A stretch of DNA of 64,000 nucleotides. It comes from Candidatus Woesearchaeota archaeon. GTDB lineage: Archaea > Nanobdellota > Nanobdellia > SCGC-AAA011-G17 > ARS1403. Under the pieces are notes generated by a model that did not search any database, was not told the DNA's origin, and was given only the letters and a program-made list of their open reading frames with translations. Position numbers and translations under genes: made by a program. The DNA lies in NCBI GenBank assembly GCA_018302705.1, contig JAGVZI010000007.1:1070-65069 (forward strand). Direction: 5' to 3'. This document shows positions 56,054 to 64,000 of the stretch, piece after piece (position 1 is the first letter of the stretch; every line of letters starts with the position of its first letter).

Positions 56054-56391
56054 TGAAAAAAGAAATACTTGAAAAGACAGCAAAAGAATACTTTAATGCT
56101 GCAGAAGATGAATTCAAAAAATCAAGGTTCAACTCTGCTTTGGTGCTTTATTTTAAATCACTGGTTGCATTGGTTGATCTCTATATACTCCAACAAACAA
56201 ATCAAACTCCATCATCGCATAATGTCAGATTCAGAATAACAGAAGATAAATTTCCAGAGGTTTATAATCTACTAGATAAAGATTTTCCATTCTATCAGCA
56301 AAGTTATATGCAAATAATGACAAAAGAATTAGCAGAGGTAATAAAAGATGACGTACAAATTATGGCAGAAAAAACTAAAATTAAATTATAG
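56053..56391 (+). CDS. HEPN-domain protein
   Basis: Helical AKEYFNAAEDEF...SALVLYFKSL; PSSHNVRF. Confidence 0.7.
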   Translation: MKKEILEKTAKEYFNAAEDEFKKSRFNSALVLYFKSLVALVDLYILQQTNQTPSSHNVRFRITEDKFPEVYNLLDKDFPFYQQSYMQIMTKELAEVIKDDVQIMAEKTKIKL

Positions 56392-56908
56392 TAAAGACGT
56401 ACTGGAGATAGTTCAATTTGGATCTTCTGTAATAGAAGGGACTACTCCAAATGATATAGACATAGCTATGATCTTCCAAAAAATTCCATTAAAAGAACAA
56501 TTAAACCAAGCTCAACAGATTAAAAACCAGTTAAAGGAAGAAACAGATCTTCCTATTCATATTAATGCTTATGATTTATACTCTTTATTTCACGAGGGAA
56601 ATTTTGCAAAGGAGGATATTTTATTCTATGGAAAGAGTTTAATTTCAAGAGATTATTTTTCTAAAATTTTTGGATTAACACCAAGTATACAAGTGCAATA
56701 TGAATTAAAAGGTTTAAAGAAAAAAGATAAAGTTAGGTTGCATTACACCTTAAGAGGAAAAAAAAATAAATATGGATTATTAAAAAAATATGGGGGCGAA
56801 TTATTATGCCCGGGATTGATAGAAATTCATCCGGAGCATGAAAAAATATTTATGGAAGCAATTAAAAAAATAACAAATAAAACAAATATCAGGAAAATTT
56901 TATTTTAG
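56348..56908 (+). CDS. Minimal nucleotidyltransferase (MNT) with extra C-terminal domain
   Basis: VQFGSSV...PNDIDIA motif; overlaps the HEPN gene. Confidence 0.82.
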   Translation: MTYKLWQKKLKLNYSKDVLEIVQFGSSVIEGTTPNDIDIAMIFQKIPLKEQLNQAQQIKNQLKEETDLPIHINAYDLYSLFHEGNFAKEDILFYGKSLISRDYFSKIFGLTPSIQVQYELKGLKKKDKVRLHYTLRGKKNKYGLLKKYGGELLCPGLIEIHPEHEKIFMEAIKKITNKTNIRKILF

Positions 56909-56937
56909 CAGTTATAATCCACGTTTCGGTTCCAATA

Positions 56938-57552
56938 TTAAGGAAATCTCCTGCCGACGCTTTCAGCTAAAACAGCCTTCAAATCCCGGGAGAGGTTTCT
57001 GGCATCTCTTCTTTCCTTATATTTCTCAAGAATGTCAATTAAATTATGAGCAACAGTCCTCTCGCGCTCAGACAAAGTTTTCTCTGCTCTCAGAGTTTGC
57101 AATAATCTTTCGCCATATTCAATCATAAGGCCATAAACCTCGTCATAAAGCTCCTTCAAGCTATCTTCGCTTTTCTTCAATTCCAGCCCGGTTTTGAACC
57201 TCAGCTCCCTTATAGAAAAGTAAACAGAGTCATCAAGGACTTCTAGATTTTCTGAAAGAGAAGCAAATGCCAGGTAATTATCTCCAAAAGATTTTGGTTT
57301 TACTTTTAGCTTTCTCAAATTCTCTTTAACTTTCTCGAATAAGGATTCGATGTATTTGGATTGTTTTTTAATGAACTCGTATTTCCCCTTGTCTATCCTT
57401 TCTATTTCTGTAACTCTAATCCTGTCTTTCCTGCTCAATTCAGCAGATGAAGCATTAGGTGTGCCGGCAATAACAGCAGCAGCCATTGCAGCAGCCAAGA
57501 CAATGCTTCTAATCTTTCTCTTAATGTCCATAAATCGGATAAATAAAGGCAA
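56938..57552 (-). CDS. Hypothetical exported helical protein
   Basis: Signal-like RSIVLAAAMAAAVIAGTPNASSA followed by helical body. Confidence 0.55.
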   Translation of the reverse strand: MPLFIRFMDIKRKIRSIVLAAAMAAAVIAGTPNASSAELSRKDRIRVTEIERIDKGKYEFIKKQSKYIESLFEKVKENLRKLKVKPKSFGDNYLAFASLSENLEVLDDSVYFSIRELRFKTGLELKKSEDSLKELYDEVYGLMIEYGERLLQTLRAEKTLSERERTVAHNLIDILEKYKERRDARNLSRDLKAVLAESVGRRFP

Positions 57553-57583
57553 GAACTATTTAAAAATATCTAAAGTTAAAATG

Positions 57584-58042
57584 CTAAGAAAAATCCTCTC
57601 TATTAAATACCATCGCATCCCCTTTTAAATCCACTCCGTTTAAAATCTCACCAAATAAAATTACATGATCTCCAGCATCAACTTTTTTAATTAGCTTGCA
57701 TTCGATAGCAGCGACGCAGTTCTCCAGCACAGGGCTTCCATTTTCCATCTCCTTAAGCTCAACGTCTTTAAAGTTATTCAAATTATTTCCAGCGGTGAAT
57801 CCAAAATGCCTAGCAATCTCCAAGTGCTCATTCCCTAAGATATTCACGCAAAAAACCTCCGCTTCAAGCAGCTCTTCATATCCATTCCTGTTTTTCCCGA
57901 CGCTGATCATCAGCATATTAGGTTTAAAAGCAGCCCGGTTAACCCATGCAGTTGTAATTCCATAATTCATTCCGTCTAAATTAAAAGTAATTACAAAGAC
58001 CCCATTCCTTATTTTTCTTATAGCCTTCTCAACTTCATCCAT
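57584..58042 (-). CDS. Flavin reductase family protein
   Basis: GVFVIT, FCVNIL, GSPVLEN, ECKL...AGDHVILFGE. Confidence 0.9.
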   Translation of the reverse strand: MDEVEKAIRKIRNGVFVITFNLDGMNYGITTAWVNRAAFKPNMLMISVGKNRNGYEELLEAEVFCVNILGNEHLEIARHFGFTAGNNLNNFKDVELKEMENGSPVLENCVAAIECKLIKKVDAGDHVILFGEILNGVDLKGDAMVFNREDFS

Positions 58043-58098
58043 TTTTCTTTTCCGTGAACGCTTTTTATTTTTGATGAAACTTTTCTTAAAAGTTTATT

Positions 58099-58842
58099 TT
58101 AGTCCTCAGAAATTCTCGGAGCCAGTATAAAGCTTAAAGCTAATTTATCCAGGACATTATACTCCAATTTCAACGGATAGTCTGTATTCCACCTGATTAT
58201 CACCTTGTCGCTCAGCTTCCCGCCCTTGATTAATTTTTTCAAATACTCAATGCTGTATCTCGCATTTACGCTGTCCTCAGTAAAAATCTCGGTCCCCTCG
58301 CTTTTTGAAAATTCAATCTTTGCATTGCTCAAGTTTCCATCACCGATTATTGTCATCCCATCTTTATTCAATCCGAAAGCAACGCTCTCAGCCACAATTC
58401 CGACATCCTCGATAGCATCCTCAAGCATCTTGGAGCCTATTACAACCTTGGATTTGAACTCCAGGTCGGGAATCTGCTGCTCTCTCTCCTCGATGTCAAT
58501 CAAGCTCAGGTGGAACAATCTTTGGGAATCCCCTTGCATCCCTATTCTTAGCTTATTTCTCTTCTTGTCCAGCTCCAAAATTAAAGTGTCATTTCCTTTT
58601 AATCTTCTCAAGATTTGGTTTAAGCTATCCAGGCTGACGCATATTGTTTCCTTATCCTCGATGCTGTATTCAATAAATGCGCTGCTCAATAATCTAAAAA
58701 CTGCTAGCACAACATTGGCAGGATCCGTGGCAACAATCTCTAATTTATCCTTGTCAATTTTAAACTGGACGTCGTTGACTAAATCAGCAAGTATGTTAAT
58801 AGGCTCTTTCAATAGTTTAGTTTCAGCTAGTGTAAGTTTCAT
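58099..58842 (-). CDS. pcn: DNA polymerase sliding clamp PCNA
   Basis: ATDPANVVL, ARYSIEYL, DYPLKL, FILAPRI. Confidence 0.95.
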   Translation of the reverse strand: MKLTLAETKLLKEPINILADLVNDVQFKIDKDKLEIVATDPANVVLAVFRLLSSAFIEYSIEDKETICVSLDSLNQILRRLKGNDTLILELDKKRNKLRIGMQGDSQRLFHLSLIDIEEREQQIPDLEFKSKVVIGSKMLEDAIEDVGIVAESVAFGLNKDGMTIIGDGNLSNAKIEFSKSEGTEIFTEDSVNARYSIEYLKKLIKGGKLSDKVIIRWNTDYPLKLEYNVLDKLALSFILAPRISED

Positions 58843-58896
58843 AACAAACTGCTTGAAAAGCTAATATATAAGATTTAGTATTTTTAAAAATATAAT

Positions 58897-59316
58897 TCAG
58901 AATAACAGCCACCCAGGCAACAAAGGCTCGATAAATGGCCAGTACAATGGAGCAACAACAACCAGCCCAGAAATCAGTAGAGTATGGAACCAGTGCTCAG
59001 CCATCCCCCTCGCAGCTAGCTGCCCATGAACTGCTTTGGAAACAGCATGCATCTTAAAGTTCAATATCAACCCAATGGCAATCCTCCCGATCCATATACT
59101 GCTGATCAGCGGGATATTCCTCGTTGCAAGCGTAGTCACATCTAAAAACTCAGGCCAATTAAACACAGCAAATAAAGCAACCATCATTAAAATCACAGAA
59201 TGAAAACCATGACCGATCCAATGGCTTCCTCTGAAATTCAGATCACTATGAATTGCAATTAGCTCATATAGGCCAAGAATAACTCCTAAAACAATCACAG
59301 CATTCCAAATAACCAT
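58897..59316 (-). CDS. Conserved 4-TM membrane protein
   Basis: Four hydrophobic segments with His residues (AIHSD, GHGFH, MAEHWFH). Confidence 0.7.
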   Translation of the reverse strand: MVIWNAVIVLGVILGLYELIAIHSDLNFRGSHWIGHGFHSVILMMVALFAVFNWPEFLDVTTLATRNIPLISSIWIGRIAIGLILNFKMHAVSKAVHGQLAARGMAEHWFHTLLISGLVVVAPLYWPFIEPLLPGWLLF

Positions 59317-59711
59317 GTAAATATATATTTTAAACTTCTATATAAATATAACTATCCAGTTTAGCATAGAAATAAGAAATATCTCATCCTCTTTTAAGGT
59401 TACTGTCTACTATCCAATTGCACTTGTGTAGCTTAATAACATTTGCCCTCTCTTTTTAGAGAGTGATAAATGTGAAAACAGAGTTGAATCGCTAGAGGTT
59501 GAGATGACTAAGATTACTAAGAATTTGCTTGGATTGGGTTGGGAAGCGGGATTTTGGGGTTTTGGTGGGTTTGGTTATTGGGCTCCCAGAGCCTGAATTC
59601 GGGCTTTTAGCTCTGCTATCTCCTTGTCTTTTTCTTCTTTGAGTTTTTCCAATATCCCTTTTTTTGTTGTTTTAATTTTTCAATTTGCGTTTGCTGTTTT
59701 TTGGGGATTTT

Positions 59712-60200
59712 TTATTCTTCTACTACTATAATCAAGCGAGAGCTCCTCCCTCCAACTTTTATTTCATAAACATATTCTCCTGCTTCAGCATTTTTAAGCA
59801 CTATCACTTTTACATCCCAATCACTAAATCCATTAATCTCTACTCTTCTTTTTTCTTTGTCATAAATAAAAAAATCTTCTTCTCCCTCAATTTTAAGATT
59901 TGTGGCTATGCTGCCCTTGGCAGGATTTAAGAACCTTACGATTAATGCTGCTTGCTCTCCTCCTTTCAAATTCAGAATATTACTTGAGAGCGATATCTGC
60001 TCATCCGGATGGGGGATTTCTAAATCAGCCCTTATATTTTCAAAATCGTTTTCTGTTATTTCCTTGCCTTCAAAAATTGCGAAACCTGTAATATTTGCCA
60101 AATCTACTCCTGTCAAGGAGATGGATGCGATAATCAAAATAAGAGAGATACTTATAAGTGTAATCTTTGTTCTCCATTTAGATTCTTTTTCTTCTTTCAT
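59712..60200 (-). CDS. Membrane-anchored hypothetical protein with Ig-like fold
   Basis: N-terminal TM, ITGFAIFE motif, beta-rich C-terminus. Confidence 0.65.
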   Translation of the reverse strand: MKEEKESKWRTKITLISISLILIIASISLTGVDLANITGFAIFEGKEITENDFENIRADLEIPHPDEQISLSSNILNLKGGEQAALIVRFLNPAKGSIATNLKIEGEEDFFIYDKEKRRVEINGFSDWDVKVIVLKNAEAGEYVYEIKVGGRSSRLIIVVEE

Positions 60201-60206
60201 TTTGAC

Positions 60207-61703
60207 CTATAAAATGGTGATCTTGCTTTTTGAGCCTATAAAAACCCTATCTCCAGTTCCAGAGATTGAGAAGGTTCCTATCTCTAGAGTTGAATTATCT
60301 AAAAAAAGCGTACATGCTGAATTAATTCCTAATGCGCTATATTGCAGTATGTTGTTAGTAAATATAGCTGCGGTGTTATTACAAACAGTGCAATTTGTAG
60401 ACTCATCCAAGTCTGCTATGCATCCCCATGGGCAATTATTCGATCCCCCCCCTGAACCAGTATAATCAGAATTTGCTGCCGAGTTTGTGCAAGCCGTCCT
60501 TGAATCAGAATTAGTAGCTGAATAATAACCAGTTCCTACTGCAGTGCAATCCTGTGATCCTCCATCGCTGTCATAATAATCTAAATCGCAATTGCAGTCT
60601 GTTGCTGCAGATGATGTTGTAGCTCCTCCAGTTCCTGAATTTGCAGTACATTGTGTCCTTGAATTGCTATTACATTGTGTCCTTGAATTGCTATTATCTG
60701 CAGACCAGTAATCATCGCCGGCAGCATCGCACGTCCCATCCTCGCAGTTATAATACCCGGCATTCCCCACACAGTCTGTGACAGCATCTGAAGTTGTTGC
60801 ACCTGCAGTGTCAGAATTGGTAGGGCACTGTGTGCGAGAATCACTATTGGTGGCAGAATAATACCCATCCCCTACAGCTGTGCAGTCTTGTGTTCCGCCG
60901 TCTGAATCATAATACCCGGCATCGCAGTTGCAGTCAGTTGCAGCAGATGAAGTTGTTGCGCCGTTCGTGCCAGAATTAGCAGCGCACTGTGTCCTAGAGT
61001 TGCTGTTATCCGCACTCCAGTAGTCATCGCCAGCAGCAGAACAAGTCCCGGTCTGGCAGTTATAATAGCCTGCATTTCCCAGGCAGTCATCCACCGCATC
61101 AGATGTCGTTGCCCCATTAGTGTCGGAGTTTGAAGGGCATGCTGTTCTGTCATTATCACTTGCTGGAGAGTAATAATTTGCGCCAACATTTGTGCAGCTA
61201 CCCCCGTAAGCATACTGTCCTGCGCCGCATGTTTCTCCACTTGCGTAATTGACAGTTAGGTGTACTAATTCAACCCAACCTCCTGCATCAGTAGAGCGAT
61301 CAAATCTAAACTCGTGAGCACTAGAGCTAAGGGGTATAGAGCCTAGCAGTCGTGCTTCACAAGTAGAGCTTGCAGCATAAAGGGACACTGTAGGCCAAAC
61401 ATCAACTCCATCCACATAAAAATCACAAGAAGTACAAAGGTTATTGTCCATATCAGCATATACATAAACATCATACATCCCTCCCCCCGATGCAGGTGTT
61501 ATAGACCTATACATATAATTCCCAGCAGTATTAGAGCCATATCCTGTTTCACTACATTTTGCCCATGAATCAAATGAGCCTGAAAAACTAAAAGTACCGG
61601 CTGCATAGTCTGTAGCATTAGAGGTGTGTCCTGATATAATTGCAATTAACAGAAACAGAAATATTTTTCCGAATAAATTTTTTTTCACTTCCAACCAACC
61701 CAT
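60207..61703 (-). CDS. Secreted Cys-rich protein with GCC2/GCC3 (ephrin-receptor-like) repeats
   Basis: Signal peptide; repeated C..(G)YYS......T.C..NS.T.GATTS.A..DC.C.AGYY units. Confidence 0.72.
   Translation of the reverse strand: MGWLEVKKNLFGKIFLFLLIAIISGHTSNATDYAAGTFSFSGSFDSWAKCSETGYGSNTAGNYMYRSITPASGGGMYDVYVYADMDNNLCTSCDFYVDGVDVWPTVSLYAASSTCEARLLGSIPLSSSAHEFRFDRSTDAGGWVELVHLTVNYASGETCGAGQYAYGGSCTNVGANYYSPASDNDRTACPSNSDTNGATTSDAVDDCLGNAGYYNCQTGTCSAAGDDYWSADNSNSRTQCAANSGTNGATTSSAATDCNCDAGYYDSDGGTQDCTAVGDGYYSATNSDSRTQCPTNSDTAGATTSDAVTDCVGNAGYYNCEDGTCDAAGDDYWSADNSNSRTQCNSNSRTQCTANSGTGGATTSSAATDCNCDLDYYDSDGGSQDCTAVGTGYYSATNSDSRTACTNSAANSDYTGSGGGSNNCPWGCIADLDESTNCTVCNNTAAIFTNNILQYSALGINSACTLFLDNSTLEIGTFSISGTGDRVFIGSKSKITIL
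60647..60694. repeat. Perfect 24-nt tandem duplication (adds NSNSRTQC in frame)
   Basis: TACATTGTGTCCTTGAATTGCTAT twice. Confidence 0.92.
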
Positions 61704-61736
61704 TTTTTATTTGAATAGTTATGAAATTTCATCTTC

Positions 61737-64000
61737 TTAATTGTGCCCTATTACAAGGGCGGTTCCATTGTCATAGATATAGCCACCCGGACTGAAAAGA
61801 ATGTAAGGAAAATCTGTTGCTGTCGTGTTTGTTATTGTTAAATTTCCTCCAGAGATGTCTAATAAAGAAGAAGGCGAAGTTGTTCCAATTCCAACTCTAT
61901 TAGCTGAGGCATCTACATAAAAAGTATCTCCGTCTACTGTAAAGTTGTCTGCGAAGGTTACATTGCCAATAAATCTTTGGTCTGTTTCATTTAACATAGC
62001 TATATTCGTATAATCCATCCCCCCACCAGAAGCATCTACCCCGCAGGTAATATTTCCATCAGCGCTTGTTATTAGCTTACCAGAGCAACTTGATAAGCCA
62101 CTTATGGATAAAAATACATCTCCAGTAATATTAGTTGCTCCTATTACATTTAATAATTGTGCTGGCGCCGTCGTGCCGATGCCGACGTTGCCTGCTCCTG
62201 TTATTCTCATTGCCTCTGCTAAGGATAAATTTGAAATTATTCCATTAACGTCTCCATAGCCAGTATAGAAAACTAAAGCTCCTCGCTCCTGCCCCTGTTG
62301 AGAGATTTGTCTTCTCTAAAACCAACAATTCAGTAATAGTTTCATTCAAGTCATCTGAAATGTTTAAATGCAGCAAGAATAAAGGATTAATGCTGCCTAT
62401 TCCAGTAAATGTTGAAGTAATATTAGTCTGACCAACAGACAAGTCATCCTTGATAATAAAGCTACCTAGGTAGCTGCTTCCTAGAACTCTTAAATCCTGC
62501 AATATAGTTAGATTATCAATCCTTGTAAATGTTTCTGTATCCGCATAGATATAATCTACTAATAAAGAATCCACAGTTGTGAAATTAAATTGAGCGGTTA
62601 TGTTATCTGTAACAGATAAATTAGCTATTATAAATTCGCTGTCTATTGCAATATCGCTTCCGTTAATTGTATTTAATAAAATGTCTTCTGTTGTGATGTC
62701 ATTGTCTAGAATAATAGTTGAGTTAACTGAACTATCAGCCAAGTCATCGCTTAATAAAGTCCTATCTATTACTAATGTTGTGTTAATGCTGCTGTCTGCT
62801 AGATCATCGCTAAGCAAAGTTCTATCTAAAATCAAAGTAGTGTTAATGCTAGAATCTGCAATGTCATCTGCTGTTATAGTCCTGTCTAGAATCTCAGATG
62901 TTTCCACTGCCCCAGCTGCTATATCTCCTGCAAGAATAGTATCTGCTGCTATATGCGTTGTGTTAATCAAACTATCTTGCAAATCTCCTAGGTAAGCAGC
63001 TCCCTGAATAGTTAGGTTTTGTGTTGCTAAAATAGAGCCTGCTACTTCCAATAAATCTCCTGTTGGATATCTTCCTATGCCAACTAATCCGGCATTGTCT
63101 ATTACAAACTTTATTCCATTTCCTCCGTCACTAACATTAATCCAGGGAACGGTTAATGTAGTTGAGTTGGCAATATGCAGCTTCCCCTGAGGTGCTGTTG
63201 TGTCAATCCCAACTAAAGTTCCATCATCATAAATCAAAGAGTTGCCGATTGTTGCAGTGTCCAGGAATTTTACGATGTAATTGGGCGTTCCTCCTCCTGA
63301 GACATTGCTGTCAGCTGTTATCTGCACTCCTCCAACATACAAAGCCCCTGTGAAATTGCCGTCGCCAACTACGTTTAAAGCATTAGCAGGGGTTGTAGTT
63401 CTGATTCCAATAAAGTTCAATCCTGAATCTATATGCAAAGTAGGAGAGTCAAAAGTATAATCTCCTGAGGCTGTGTCTCCTGTGTTGAACAAGTAAACAT
63501 CTGAAATATTTCCTGAGTCTAAAGTGTTTGCCAATGTTAAAGTCTGGATAAAAGCGCTCCGGTAGTAATTCTCCTGGCTTCCCAAATCAAAAGAAAGGTT
63601 AGCATACGGTATTAATGCATTAGTATAGAGTGTATCTGATAAGTTTAGTCTTGAACTTGTGATGTTTCCTACTGTGCTCGGGAATTTTTGCCTTTCAATT
63701 CCATTAAAGTCTATGTCTGATCCATTAATTACTAAATCCATGTAATAAGTTGTTCCGTAAGTCAAGTTTAACTCATAGCCCGATGTATCATCTCCTAAAA
63801 TAATATCTACTTTTCCATTGCTGACATTATTTTCAAAGCCGCCAGATGAATTGTAAATCAGATTGCCGCCTGTTGCAGCATCGTAAATTTCTATTGTGAT
63901 GTTGACATTGTCCACGTCGATTCCGGACTCTTTAACGTCTAATGTTAATCCTAATAAGTCGATTTCTGCTGCCGATGCAAAGTAAATACTAATCAAAATA
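61737..64000 (-). pseudogene. Tail-fibre-like beta-repeat surface protein, frameshifted near 62290; 5' end off window
   Basis: GIRTTTP, GIDTTAP and GNVGIGTTAP repeats in both ORFs; second frame reads QERGALVFYTG...AMRITGAG. Confidence 0.68.
62650..62970 (-). repeat. 20-aa (60-nt) tandem repeats in the tail-fibre-like protein
   Basis: DSSINTTLILDRTLLSDDLA-type unit repeated about 4-5 times. Confidence 0.8.

Noticed and set aside
59320-59700. Coding fragments between the 4-TM gene and 59712..60200
   Set aside because: No start-to-stop frame of useful length; mentioned only as a possible relic
396-63353. Numerous antisense ORFs in the track (e.g. 4521..4949, 5392..6003, 9302..9949, 48111..48776, 58205..58864)
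   Set aside because: They shadow well-supported genes on the opposite strand, are Ser/Phe/Leu-rich and have no motifs
33641-64000. Integrated provirus or conjugative element
   Set aside because: No integrase, terminase, capsid, portal, relaxase or VirB4 seen; PCNA and other core genes lie within the span

Overview
Archaeal chromosomal window. Gene content (Orc1/Cdc6, TFB, aIF5A, Alba, PCNA, L40e/L37e/L37Ae/S8e/S17e, EndA, Dph2), compact operons and many KRGQ-type prepilin-like genes point to a DPANN lineage, probably Woesearchaeota-like (inference). Bases 1-33.7 kb are mostly information-processing and cell-division genes plus four tRNAs, with toxin-antitoxin-like cassettes scattered between them. 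This half contains an ftsZ carrying a 374-aa LAGLIDADG intein inside the GGG/TGTG signature loop, a tRNA-Leu(CAG) with two introns (21/22 and 37/38), a prs gene broken by one in-frame TGA, and a frameshifted secreted M64-like peptidase. Bases 33.6-55.8 kb form a mostly minus-strand surface-structure locus: six class III signal peptide proteins, a 2074-aa PKD/Cys-rich protein, a 652-aa protein ending in an SH3b-like domain and a 1205-aa protein ending in a soluble lytic transglycosylase domain. Two peptidoglycan-directed modules in an archaeal pilin-like locus suggest an apparatus for contacting or breaching bacteria, which is the most interesting candidate system here. The last 4 kb encode a Cys-rich GCC2/GCC3-like repeat protein and a frameshifted tail-fibre-like adhesin. 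All family calls come from motif recognition by eye; no database searches were run.
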